From assembly GCA_048571215.1 (NCBI GenBank), contig CP182352.1, positions 224,001 to 288,000 of the forward strand: 64,000 bases of DNA, given 5' to 3'. A model generated the notes under the pieces. The model did no database searches. It saw only the letters and a program-made list of their open reading frames with translations, and was not told where the DNA came from. The position numbers were made by a program, and so were the translations under genes. Below are positions 28,682 through 38,449 of the stretch, piece after piece; the first letter of the stretch is position 1; every line of letters begins with the position of its first letter. Source of the DNA: Halarcobacter sp. GTDB lineage: Bacteria; Campylobacterota; Campylobacteria; Campylobacterales; Arcobacteraceae.

Positions 28682-29404
28682 ATGAAGATAGTTTTTTTAG
28701 TTTTTTTAGTTATTTGTTCACTTAATGCTCATTTTCTTACTTTTTTGCCTACAACTGACAATGTAAAATCAAGAGATGAGATGAGAGTTGATTTTAATCT
28801 TATGTTTATACACCCTTTTGAACAAACAGGTATGACTTTAGAAAAACCACTTGGGATATATTTGGAAGATAAAAAAGAGGTTTTACCTTTAACTAAAACA
28901 AAAAAGTTAGATCATAAGGCGTGGGATAGTACCTACACTATTAAAAGACCAGGTGTTTATAAATTTTATGCACAACCACAACCTTATTTTGAACCAGCAG
29001 AGGGAAAATTTATCTCTCATGTACCAAAAGTTATTATAAGTGCTTTTGGTTTAGAAGATGGTTGGGATGAAGCTATTGGTTTAAAATATGAGATTGTCCC
29101 TATGGTAAAACCTTTTGCTTTATATAGTGGAAATCTTTTTCAAGGAAAAGTACTTCACAATGGAAAACCAGCTTCAAATGTTGAAGTTGAAGTTGAACTT
29201 TATAATGAGTTTGGATTAAAAGCTCCAAATGATGCCCATGTAACACAAGTTGTTAAAACAGATAACAATGGTGTCTTTTCTTTTGTTATGAACCATAAAG
29301 GTTGGTGGGGATTTGCTGCTCTTATAGAAGAGGGGCAAAAAGAGCACAATGGTAAAAAATATCCAATAGAAAATGGTGCCTTAATTTGGGTAAAGGCTTA
29401 TTAG
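28682..29404 (+). CDS. DUF4198 / NikK-like periplasmic Ni/Co uptake protein
   Basis: Signal peptide ending LNA then HF; FIHPFE, PQPYFEPAEGKFI, GWWGFAAL; first gene of the ECF cluster. Confidence 0.8.
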   Translation: MKIVFLVFLVICSLNAHFLTFLPTTDNVKSRDEMRVDFNLMFIHPFEQTGMTLEKPLGIYLEDKKEVLPLTKTKKLDHKAWDSTYTIKRPGVYKFYAQPQPYFEPAEGKFISHVPKVIISAFGLEDGWDEAIGLKYEIVPMVKPFALYSGNLFQGKVLHNGKPASNVEVEVELYNEFGLKAPNDAHVTQVVKTDNNGVFSFVMNHKGWWGFAALIEEGQKEHNGKKYPIENGALIWVKAY

Positions 29405-29407
29405 AAG

Positions 29408-30010
29408 ATGCATATTTCAGATGGTATTTTATCAAGTGATGTTGTGATAGTAACTTCAGTGATTAGTTGTGGTTTACTTATATACTCATTAAAAAATTTA
29501 AAAAATAAAAATATTGCTCATATAGCCGCTATGGGAGCAGTATTTTTTATTGCATCTTTTATCCACATACCTTTGGGACCAACTCAAATCCACTTGGTTT
29601 TGACTGGAGTTATTGGGCTAATAATAGGTTCATCGGTATTTTTTTCTTTGTTTATTGCACTTTTATTGCAAGCCTTACTATTAGGTTATGGGGGACTTAG
29701 TTCCTTAGGAGCAAATCTTTTAATTATGGCTTTACCTGCATATATAATTTATTTAATAGCCAAGAGTCAAGTTTTAAACTTTTTGAATGAAAAGATTAGA
29801 TATTTTTTAATTGGATTTATTCCAGTACTTATCTCTACTATACTTTTAGCTTTGGTTTTAGCTCTTTCTAAACAAGAGTATATTTATGCTTCATATACTA
29901 TAGTTTTAGCAAATACTCCAGCTATGGTAATAGAAGGTTTGATAACTATGTTTTTGATTAATTATATTAAAAAATCTATGCCTGAACTTTTAAATGGAGT
30001 AAAAATATGA
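29408..30010 (+). CDS. cbiM: ECF Ni/Co transporter S component (CbiM/NikM)
   Basis: MHISDG N-terminus, QALLLGYGGLSSLGAN. Confidence 0.88.
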   Translation: MHISDGILSSDVVIVTSVISCGLLIYSLKNLKNKNIAHIAAMGAVFFIASFIHIPLGPTQIHLVLTGVIGLIIGSSVFFSLFIALLLQALLLGYGGLSSLGANLLIMALPAYIIYLIAKSQVLNFLNEKIRYFLIGFIPVLISTILLALVLALSKQEYIYASYTIVLANTPAMVIEGLITMFLINYIKKSMPELLNGVKI

Positions 30011-30444
30011 GATTATTATTTTTAGTATTTGTATTTATAAGCTCATTATTTGCCCATAAGTTAAATCTTTTTTATTTAAATGAAAATGATAAAATATATT
30101 TTAATAGTTATTTTGCTTCTGGTTCACCTTGTCAAGAGTGTAGCGTAGAGATTTATGATAATAACAATAAACTCATAAAAAAGTTAAAAACTGATAAGAA
30201 AGGTGAGTTTGTAATTGAAAATATGAATAACTTTTTTGTAAAAGTGCATACAATTGAGGGGCATGCAGTTGAACAAAAAGTTGTTATTGATAAAAAAATA
30301 ACTAATAAAAAAGCTAAAGAACTTACTGAAAATAAATATGTAGAAGCTAAAAAACAAAGCTTAATGGGTAGTTTTATAGCAATATTAGCTATACTATTTA
30401 TATTTTATTTATTGAAGAGGTTTAAAAAAGATGATAAATCTTAA
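30007..30444 (+). CDS. CbiL/NikL-like auxiliary component
   Basis: Signal peptide (LFA-HKL), KTDKKGEF, GH motif, C-terminal TM helix; between cbiM and cbiQ. Confidence 0.65.
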   Translation: MRLLFLVFVFISSLFAHKLNLFYLNENDKIYFNSYFASGSPCQECSVEIYDNNNKLIKKLKTDKKGEFVIENMNNFFVKVHTIEGHAVEQKVVIDKKITNKKAKELTENKYVEAKKQSLMGSFIAILAILFIFYLLKRFKKDDKS

Positions 30445-31078
30445 CTCATCTGTTAGATTGATTTGTGCCTTTTTATATTCCATATTTATAAGTTTTAACC
30501 AAATAGAATTAATTTATCTTCTTCCTATAGTTTTTATGGTTTTTTGTGAATATAAAGTTATATTCCTTGTAGTAAAAAAACTTTTATTTTTAAATGTTTT
30601 TATTGGGATGATATTTATAATCTTACTTTTACAAGGGGATACAAAAGAGGCTTTAAATATATATTTTAGAACAAATATGATTATCTTTTTTAATCTACTA
30701 CTTTTTTTTAGATCAAATGGCTACGATATTGTAAGGGCTATGAATGAACTTAGATTTTCAAAAAAAGTTGTAAGTTCAACATATTTTACCCTAAAGATGA
30801 TACAAAGTTTAAGTGATGAGATAAAAAGAGTAAGACAAACATTAAAAGCTAGAGGCTTTAAGGCTGCTTCAAATCTATTTTCTTATGAAACCTTTGGGAA
30901 TATATTTGGACATATTTTTATACTTTCAATAAAAAAAGCAAACCAGATGCAAGATTCCTTTAAACTTAGGGGTTTTCATGGAAGAATATATCTTATTCAA
31001 AATAGTAAATTAAGTTTTTATGATGTTATACTTATATTTTTAGTTTGTATGTTATTTGTAAAAAAGGTGATTGTTTGA
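30431..31078 (+). CDS. cbiQ: ECF transporter T component (CbiQ/NikQ)
   Basis: TM helices, two conserved xRG motifs (LKARGF, KLRGF). Confidence 0.85.
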   Translation: MINLNSSVRLICAFLYSIFISFNQIELIYLLPIVFMVFCEYKVIFLVVKKLLFLNVFIGMIFIILLLQGDTKEALNIYFRTNMIIFFNLLLFFRSNGYDIVRAMNELRFSKKVVSSTYFTLKMIQSLSDEIKRVRQTLKARGFKAASNLFSYETFGNIFGHIFILSIKKANQMQDSFKLRGFHGRIYLIQNSKLSFYDVILIFLVCMLFVKKVIV

Positions 31079-31728
31079 GTTGTTCTATAAATCTAAAAGA
31101 GGTGTCATACTCTACCCCAACAAAAGAGGTTTTCAATAGTGTAAGTCTAGATGTATCCCATGAAGAAAAAGTTGCAATTATTGGTGCCAATGGAAGTGGG
31201 AAAAGCTCTTTGTTGAAGATACTTGCTGGTCTAATTAAACAAGAAACTGGAGAGGTTTTTCTTTTTCATAAACAGATGAATAGTTTAAAAGATTTTAAAA
31301 CCTTTAGGACAGATATAGGGTATCTTCCCCAAGATGTTAGTGATCACTTTTTATGTCCAACAGTTATAGAAGATGTGATGTTTGCCCTAAGAGCAAAGGG
31401 TGAAAGCAAGGATGAATCTTATGAAAAATCTTGTAAAATACTTGAAGAACTAGGAATATCCCATTTAGAAAATAGAAATATTTATGATTTAAGTGGAGGG
31501 GAACAAAAAATAGTTGCTCTTGCAGGGATACTTATTACAAAACCAAAAATCTTACTTTTGGATGAGCCAACAAATGCTTTAGATGAAGAGGCAGAAAAAA
31601 AGATAATTGATATTTTAAACTCTATAAAAAAGTCAATGATTATAGTTTCTCATCATAAGACTTTTATTGAAAAGTTAGCTCCAAATATATATAAACTAGA
31701 AAAAAATGGACTTAATAAAGTTGATTAG
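31075..31728 (+). CDS. cbiO: ECF transporter ATPase (CbiO/NikO)
   Basis: GANGSGKS, LSGGEQK, LLDEPT; TTG 31075 overlaps the cbiQ stop (ORF track starts at 31045). Confidence 0.88.
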   Translation: MSCSINLKEVSYSTPTKEVFNSVSLDVSHEEKVAIIGANGSGKSSLLKILAGLIKQETGEVFLFHKQMNSLKDFKTFRTDIGYLPQDVSDHFLCPTVIEDVMFALRAKGESKDESYEKSCKILEELGISHLENRNIYDLSGGEQKIVALAGILITKPKILLLDEPTNALDEEAEKKIIDILNSIKKSMIIVSHHKTFIEKLAPNIYKLEKNGLNKVD

Positions 31729-31927
31729 AATAAAATAATAATATTTTCACCATATAAATTTTCACAATTTATTCACTAAGAAAAGTTATAAAATAGCACT
31801 AAAATAGCAATTCTGTGTTTTTTTATAAAAAAGCTAGAATAAGGTAAAAATAATGAAAAATCTTAAGATAAGATTAATTATATTTATGAGAAACTATTTT
31901 TAGATTAATTAACTTTAAGGAGCAAAG

Positions 31928-32374
31928 ATGAGTAGATTAGTTAAAGTAGCTGCAGCTTTATTATTAGGTGGAGCAACTTATGCCTTCGCATTAACAGCAG
32001 ATGAGGTAAAAGCACATGTTATGAAAGCAAAAGCATACTGTGATGAAGTAGGTGTTGCAAAATGTGTTGCTGAGATAGGGAAAAAAGGTGGAATGTTTGA
32101 CAAAGGTGACTTATATATTTGGGCAAACGATTTTGATGGTGTAATTACTGCTCATCCTAAAAAACCACTTGCAGGTAAAAATCTATATAGATATAAAGAT
32201 AAAGCTGGTAATCAACTCTTTAAAAACTTTATTGATAAAGTAAAAGCAGATGGTCAAGGATGGGTTGATTATGTATGGGCACATCCTACTACTGGTAAAC
32301 AAACTCCAAAATCATCTTTTGTGATTGGAATTGGAGAAAACCAACTTATTGGTTCAGGTTATTATAAAGAATAG
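31928..32374 (+). CDS. Stand-alone secreted single Cache (sCache_2-like) protein
   Basis: Signal peptide (AFA), LYIWAND...AHP...GKNL...KDKAG...GWVDYVW...PKSS...IGSGYY. Confidence 0.85.
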   Translation: MSRLVKVAAALLLGGATYAFALTADEVKAHVMKAKAYCDEVGVAKCVAEIGKKGGMFDKGDLYIWANDFDGVITAHPKKPLAGKNLYRYKDKAGNQLFKNFIDKVKADGQGWVDYVWAHPTTGKQTPKSSFVIGIGENQLIGSGYYKE

Positions 32375-32383
32375 TAATTTTAC

Positions 32384-32411
32384 AAACTCTTGATTTTTTA
32401 ATCAAGAGTTT
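32384..32411 (+). terminator. Hairpin between the Cache gene and the chemoreceptor
   Basis: AAACTCTTGATT/AATCAAGAGTTT 12-bp stem. Confidence 0.5.
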
Positions 32412-32491
32412 ACTATACCAAACTTAGATGAAATAAGTATATATTTTATATATTTATTTTATCTAACATAACTCTAAATTAGGACAAATAA

Positions 32492-34366
32492 ATGCAATTT
32501 CTTAATAATATTCAAATTAGTAAAAAGCTTGTAATAGCTCCTGCTATTGCAGTGGTATTCTTAGTTGTATTCGCTTTTTTTTCAAATAATGCTTTAAAAT
32601 CTGATAAGGAAACTTTAAATGAGATTGTTGAAGTTAAGTTTTCACTTTATAAGGATAGCAGTAAACTTTTGGGAGATATTAATCTTTATAATTCTGTACT
32701 ATATAAAATCTTTAGTTTTGCCTCTGGTGGTTATGAACAATCTCAAATAGATAGAGAATTAGCAGTTTTAGAAAAAATTGGTAAAGAGGTTGATAAAGAG
32801 GTTAAATTAATTGTTTCACATAAAAATGAGAGCAAAAAAACATTGGAATTGATAAAAGATGTTGAGAAAAATATGAAAGAGTATAAACTAACAGTTGCAG
32901 ATGCTATTGATATGTTAAGTATTGATATTGGTATGGCAACACCAATGCTTTCAGTGACTGAAGAGGTTTTTTTATTGGTGAATAAAGAGTTGACTCAGAT
33001 TAATGATAGTGCTGAAAAAGAGAATAATGTAAGTTATCAAAATGCTTTAAAAAAGATTGATAATACTTTATATACTTTATATGTTTTAATTATTGTTGCA
33101 TTGATATTATCAGGAATAACTATAATAGCTGTTACAAACTCTATTAAAAATCCATTAAATAAATTTCAAGTTGGACTTTTAGAATTTTTTAAATATATGA
33201 ATAAAGAAACAAGCGAAGCAAAATTGATTCAACTTGGAACAAAAGATGAATTAGGGGAGATGGCAGAAGCTGTAAATAATGGTATTACAAGAATAAAAGA
33301 GGGGATTGAAAGTGATAGAAAACTTGTGGATAGTTCAATAACTTGTGCTAATGAGGCTAAAAAAGGTTTCTTAAATGTTAGAATTGAAGGAAATACTACA
33401 AACCCATCACTTAATGAGCTAAAAGATGTAATCAACGAAATGTTAAGTGCTGTTGAAGGTAATATTAAAAGTGCAATGGAAGTATTATCTCAATATTCAG
33501 ATTATAATTATAGACCAAAAATTGATATTAAAGATTTAGATGGAGATTTAAAAGCACTTTGTGAAGATGTAAATAGTTTAGGAAGTGCTATTACTAGTAT
33601 GTTAGTAAGTAATAAAGAGGTTGGACTTATATTATCTTCAAGTTCAGAAAGCTTATCAAAAAATGTTGATAGTTTAACAACATCAGCAAATAATCAAGCA
33701 GCTTCATTAGAAGAAACAGCGGCTGCTATTGAAGAGATAACATCAAATATGCAAAATAGTTCACAAAATATTGTGAAAATGACTTCATATGCAAATGATG
33801 TATCTAGTTCTGTATCTATTGGGCAAGATTTAGCTTCTAGAACAGCTTTATCTATGGATGAGATAAATGAACAAACTCAAGCTATTGCAGACTCTATTAC
33901 TGTTATTGATCAAATTGCGTTCCAAACAAATATTCTTTCACTAAATGCAGCAGTTGAAGCAGCAACCGCAGGAGAAGCAGGTAAAGGGTTTGCCGTAGTT
34001 GCTCAAGAGGTTAGAAACCTAGCAAGTAGATCAGCAGAAGCAGCAAAAGAGATAAAAGATTTAGTTGAAAATGCAACATCAAAAGCTAATGGTGGTAAAG
34101 AGATCTCTAATGAGATGATTCAAGGGTATGAAAAATTAAATAAAAATATTCATAATACTTTGGAACTTATCCACGATGTATCAACTTCATCAAAAGAGCA
34201 ATTCTCTGCAATGGAACAAATAAATGATACTGTTAATAGATTAGATAGGGTAACACAAGAAAATGCATCAGCAGCTAGTGAAGCTAATAGAGTGGCTAGT
34301 GAAGTTAATGAAATAGCAGAAAAAGTAGTACAACAAACTGATGAAAAAGAGTTTGATGGTAAATAA
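32492..34366 (+). CDS. Methyl-accepting chemotaxis protein with helical periplasmic domain
   Basis: Two TM helices, HAMP (DELGEMA), [37 protein letters not shown]. Confidence 0.95.
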   Translation: MQFLNNIQISKKLVIAPAIAVVFLVVFAFFSNNALKSDKETLNEIVEVKFSLYKDSSKLLGDINLYNSVLYKIFSFASGGYEQSQIDRELAVLEKIGKEVDKEVKLIVSHKNESKKTLELIKDVEKNMKEYKLTVADAIDMLSIDIGMATPMLSVTEEVFLLVNKELTQINDSAEKENNVSYQNALKKIDNTLYTLYVLIIVALILSGITIIAVTNSIKNPLNKFQVGLLEFFKYMNKETSEAKLIQLGTKDELGEMAEAVNNGITRIKEGIESDRKLVDSSITCANEAKKGFLNVRIEGNTTNPSLNELKDVINEMLSAVEGNIKSAMEVLSQYSDYNYRPKIDIKDLDGDLKALCEDVNSLGSAITSMLVSNKEVGLILSSSSESLSKNVDSLTTSANNQAASLEETAAAIEEITSNMQNSSQNIVKMTSYANDVSSSVSIGQDLASRTALSMDEINEQTQAIADSITVIDQIAFQTNILSLNAAVEAATAGEAGKGFAVVAQEVRNLASRSAEAAKEIKDLVENATSKANGGKEISNEMIQGYEKLNKNIHNTLELIHDVSTSSKEQFSAMEQINDTVNRLDRVTQENASAASEANRVASEVNEIAEKVVQQTDEKEFDGK

Positions 34367-34408
34367 TTATTTTCAATTAGATAAATAAAAGTTTAGATAT
34401 ACTTTGGG

Positions 34409-34930
34409 ATGAAAAAAAATATCCATATGGTAATGTTAGGGGATTCTATAATTGGAAGAGGTGATTGGAAAAGAGTTCTTTTTCAAGGACAAATTCTTAA
34501 TTTAGGAGTAGATGGAGATACTACAAAAGGTATCTTAAATAGACTTGATAGTGTTATAAATTTAGAACCTAAACTTTTATTTTTGATGATTGGTATAAAT
34601 GATTTTTGTAATTCAATACCTTTAAATGAAATTTTTGAGAACTATAAAAATATATTGCAAAAGTTGAAAAATAATAATATCAATGTAATAGTTCATGCAA
34701 TACTATTAACCCAAATGAAATCTGTAAATAAGAAGGTTTTAGAGTTTAATAAATTATTGCAAGAGTATTGCAAAAAAGAAGAGTTTACTTTTTTTGATAT
34801 GAATCCATATTTATGTGAAAATGAGCTATTAAAAGAGAGTTTTACTACAGATGGTTTACATCTAAATTTTAAGGCTTATACCCTTTGGGCTAATGAGATA
34901 AAAGGTAATCCTTTTTATCATCTAAATTAA
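34409..34930 (+). CDS. SGNH/GDSL hydrolase
   Basis: GDSI, NLGVDGDTT, GIND, DGLHLN blocks. Confidence 0.92.
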   Translation: MKKNIHMVMLGDSIIGRGDWKRVLFQGQILNLGVDGDTTKGILNRLDSVINLEPKLLFLMIGINDFCNSIPLNEIFENYKNILQKLKNNNINVIVHAILLTQMKSVNKKVLEFNKLLQEYCKKEEFTFFDMNPYLCENELLKESFTTDGLHLNFKAYTLWANEIKGNPFYHLN

Positions 34931-35551
34931 TATAGCTTCTTTTTTTAATTCATTGAATCTATATTTGTCACCCATCAAATCTAAACATTTGTTGTGTGTA
35001 TTTAAATCTTTTGCATTAAAATCTTTCCCATTTGCTTCAAGGTTTTCATAAATATTTAGTATTTTTTTATCTGAAAGTTCATTTATATTTGATTCTTTTA
35101 CAATAGCTGGTATCTCATTTATATCTTTTTTTGGCATTTTAAAATCACAGTAGTATTGCCCTTTTGTATTTACACCCCAATAGTTAAGTCCAATTTTATT
35201 GTAAAAATTTATTGAAGATGAAACACAAGACATTCTAAATCTTTCAATTTCTGTAGTTGAGTATTTTAAAAAAAGATTTGCCAAAAGTTCATAGGCATAC
35301 CTTTTACCCCTAAACTCTTTTGGAGTTAAGATTCTATGTATAATTAGGTATTGATTATCTCTTGTAGTAGAATAAAAAAGATAACACAGAGTTTCATCAT
35401 CATGTTTAAGACCTAAAGGAGGATATTTCTCCCAACTATAGAAATTATCCCAAAGTTCCATAGCTTCTTTTGCAAAGTTTAGACTCTTGAAATCATCCAT
35501 TGGAACAACTGAATCTAGAAATGTATTTCGTGAAAATTTTACAATATCCAT
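34922..35551 (-). CDS. GNAT family N-acetyltransferase
   Basis: TPKEFRGKRYA acetyl-CoA motif, SINFYNKIG. Confidence 0.75.
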   Translation of the reverse strand: MDIVKFSRNTFLDSVVPMDDFKSLNFAKEAMELWDNFYSWEKYPPLGLKHDDETLCYLFYSTTRDNQYLIIHRILTPKEFRGKRYAYELLANLFLKYSTTEIERFRMSCVSSSINFYNKIGLNYWGVNTKGQYYCDFKMPKKDINEIPAIVKESNINELSDKKILNIYENLEANGKDFNAKDLNTHNKCLDLMGDKYRFNELKKEAILI

Positions 35552-35776
35552 TTAACCTCTTTTTTAAAAGAGAAAGCCAAATAAATATACCAAAATAAGA
35601 GACCAACTCGATGTGCTTTTATCTACTTTACTATTATTGATTTCAAAAGTCAAGTACTATTAAGCTATTTATTATATAATAGATAAATTTTAATTGATAT
35701 TTCGATTTTATACTATTTTTTAATTAAAATACTAAAGACTTTATTTATTGATTGATAAAATAAAGGAAATTATAAA

Positions 35777-36433
35777 ATGGAAAATATCCGCGTAAAATAC
35801 AATACCTATGAGTTTGGTGAGATTGATATTCATCTAAAAACCCTAAGGGATAAACAAGAATATAGTAACAAAGATGTAGAGCAGTTAAGTGAATATGGAA
35901 TATCAACAGCTACTTGGTCATTATTTGGTGTAGTATGGCCATCTTCAAAAGTGCTAGCTCATTATATGCAAGATTACGATATTGAAAATAAAAGAATATT
36001 GGAAGTAGGGTGTGGGATAGCTTTATCTAGTCACCTTTTAAATAATAGAGATGCAGATATCACTGCAACAGATTATCATCCAGAAGTTGAATCTTTTTTA
36101 AATGATAATATTGAGTTAAATAATAGTAAAAAAATCCCTTTTGAAAGAACCTCATGGATTGATGGGGATGATAAGCTTGGTAAATTTGATTTAATTATTG
36201 GTAGTGATATACTTTATGAAAGATGGCATATAGATGAGTTGTCAGCTTTTATAGAAAAACATGCAAACGATAAATGCGAGATGGTGATAGTTGATCCAGG
36301 AAGAGGAAATCATGCAAAATTTACAAAAGCAATGGCTCTTTTAGGTTTTACACATATTCAATTTAAAGCAAAAGGCTCAGAAGAATATTTGCCAAAAGTA
36401 TTCAAGGGTCAATTGATAAAATATACAAGATAG
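35777..36433 (+). CDS. Class I SAM-dependent methyltransferase (Methyltransf_16-like)
   Basis: FGVVWPSS, ILEVGCGIAL, ATDY, DLIIGSDILYE. Confidence 0.85.
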   Translation: MENIRVKYNTYEFGEIDIHLKTLRDKQEYSNKDVEQLSEYGISTATWSLFGVVWPSSKVLAHYMQDYDIENKRILEVGCGIALSSHLLNNRDADITATDYHPEVESFLNDNIELNNSKKIPFERTSWIDGDDKLGKFDLIIGSDILYERWHIDELSAFIEKHANDKCEMVIVDPGRGNHAKFTKAMALLGFTHIQFKAKGSEEYLPKVFKGQLIKYTR

Positions 36434-36442
36434 TAGGAAAAA

Positions 36443-36931
36443 ATGAATTTTAATAAGTTAGATGTTGAACAAAAACAACAACTTCATGAAGAGATAACAA
36501 ACTATGCAAATAGTGTTGGTGGTAAAAACTTTTTTTTAAAGATGATTGAAGAGATAAGGGAACAAAAACCAAATCCAATTTTAAATAAAAGTGGAATATT
36601 TCATACCACAAGATTAAAAATAAGTTTAAATAAAACCATATTTAAAGATACTTTTTCAACTTTATTTGATGCTATTAGAAGAGAAGAGAGAGTTGGAGAT
36701 ATGTTAAATAGTGTTGATACAAAAGAGTATAAAAATTGTATGAATATGATGAAAACATTAAAAAGTACAATAATTACAGTACAAACAAAAAATGAAGAAG
36801 ATGGAGAGGGTTTTAGTTTCCCTATTTTGGATACAAGTGTAGAAAAAAACACAAAAGTAACTTTTATATATAAAGTTATCTTCTTTTACCATCTAGATGA
36901 GGCAAAAAAGGCTTTGAACTACAATGCATAG
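36443..36931 (+). CDS. Hypothetical protein
   Basis: 162-aa ORF with AGGA RBS, in an operon-like run. Confidence 0.75.
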   Translation: MNFNKLDVEQKQQLHEEITNYANSVGGKNFFLKMIEEIREQKPNPILNKSGIFHTTRLKISLNKTIFKDTFSTLFDAIRREERVGDMLNSVDTKEYKNCMNMMKTLKSTIITVQTKNEEDGEGFSFPILDTSVEKNTKVTFIYKVIFFYHLDEAKKALNYNA

Positions 36932-37112
36932 AAAAAGGTTTAATATAAAACAGGGATTAAGGGTTAATATTGTTTTAAAACAAGACCAAAGAACTGGAAA
37001 ACTAACACAAGGGGTTGTTAAAAATATTCTTACAAACTCCCCAAATCATCCCCACGGGATAAAAGTAAGACTTACTGATGGTCAAGTTGGACGAGTACAA
37101 GAGATTTTATAA
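36924..37112 (+). CDS. YwbE / DUF2196 family protein
   Basis: IVLKQDQRTGKLTQGVVKNILTNSPNHPHGIKVRLTDGQVGRV signature. Confidence 0.9.
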   Translation: MHRKRFNIKQGLRVNIVLKQDQRTGKLTQGVVKNILTNSPNHPHGIKVRLTDGQVGRVQEIL

Positions 37113-37573
37113 TGACTTTGTATGTTGATGGAGATGCTTTCCCTAATCTTTTGAAGCCTATTATTTATAAGGCTATAATAAGAACAAAACTACAAACAGT
37201 AGTTATAGCAAATAAAAAGATCGATATTGGGAAATCTGATTTAATAACTTATCAAGTCGTAAGTCAAGGTTTAGATGAAGCCGATGACAAGATTGTAGAA
37301 CTTGTCTTAGAGGGTGATTTGGTTATAACAGCTGATATCCCTTTAGCAAGTAGAATAGTGGAAAAAAATGCTCATGCAATAGACCATAGAGGAGAGCTTT
37401 TTACCCAAGATAATATCAAAGAGTATTTAGCTATGAGAAACTTGATGCAAGAGATAAGAGATAGTGGGGAGCTTACCAAAGGACCAGCACCCTTTAGTGC
37501 AAAAGATTCTCAAAAATTTGCAAACCAATTAAATGCATTTTTGCAAAAATATAGAAAAAAGGATTTATCATAA
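37112..37573 (+). CDS. YaiI/YqxD (DUF188) family protein
   Basis: YVDGDAFP, DEADDKIV, GDLVITADIPLA. Confidence 0.9.
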   Translation: MTLYVDGDAFPNLLKPIIYKAIIRTKLQTVVIANKKIDIGKSDLITYQVVSQGLDEADDKIVELVLEGDLVITADIPLASRIVEKNAHAIDHRGELFTQDNIKEYLAMRNLMQEIRDSGELTKGPAPFSAKDSQKFANQLNAFLQKYRKKDLS

Positions 37574-38448
37574 TATCTACAGATAAGACTCTTTTAGAGC
37601 AATTTCAAAAATTTTGTGAAGTAAACAAACCAAAAGATATGGAAACAGCAGTAAACTATTTTGCTGTATTTGGTGGTCTTGATGTTAAACTTGATATGAG
37701 TAAGCCCCTTAGAAGTTTGATAATAAGACATATATTAAATGAGTATTATGATATACAAGACCATATTGCAAAACTTACAAAAAACTCTGCACCATATCAC
37801 AAGGTTCTAACTGGTATCGCTTTAGGGGATAGAAGAACAAACTCTAGTTTTAAAAGAGCAGATATAGAGTATGAAGAGGGGATTAAAATCATCTACGAAC
37901 TTGAAGAGTTAGAGATAGTTAAAACTGAAACCTCTATGGATCATCTAACAAATCAGTTTGAAGAAAATGATTCTTCAGATAAACTTCTTTTTACTACACC
38001 TTTTTTAAGGTTTTGGTTTGCTTTTGTTTCTCCTGTTTATAGAGGGATAAAACGGGGAGAGTTTGATGAGAGTTTTGAAAGATTTAATAACTATCAGTTG
38101 GAGTTTATGGATTTGATTTTTGAACAACTTTGCCATGAATATGTAAAAGCAACTTTTGTTGAAGATGAGATAGAAGAGATTGGAAGATATTGGGATGAAA
38201 AACTAGATATCAATCTTTTAGCTCAAACAGTAAGTGGGAAAGTTATAATAGGTAGTTGTAAATATACAAATAGTAAAGTGAAAAAAAGCGAAATAAATAG
38301 ATTAAAAGATATTTGTGAAAAATTAGAGATAACCCCTGATTTTGTAATGCTTTTTTCAAAAAGTGGTTTTACAAATGAGTTGAAATCTGAAAAAAAAGAT
38401 GGACTTAAACTATATACAGTAAAAAGTTTAAAGGCATTGATTATATAA
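37570..38448 (+). CDS. DUF234-domain protein; start possibly ATA 37570 (first ATG is 37639)
   Basis: YFAVFGG, PFLRFWFAF, FEQLC, GRYWD, IIGSCKY, FSKSGF. Confidence 0.75.
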   Translation: MISTDKTLLEQFQKFCEVNKPKDMETAVNYFAVFGGLDVKLDMSKPLRSLIIRHILNEYYDIQDHIAKLTKNSAPYHKVLTGIALGDRRTNSSFKRADIEYEEGIKIIYELEELEIVKTETSMDHLTNQFEENDSSDKLLFTTPFLRFWFAFVSPVYRGIKRGEFDESFERFNNYQLEFMDLIFEQLCHEYVKATFVEDEIEEIGRYWDEKLDINLLAQTVSGKVIIGSCKYTNSKVKKSEINRLKDICEKLEITPDFVMLFSKSGFTNELKSEKKDGLKLYTVKSLKALII

Positions 38449-38449
38449 A

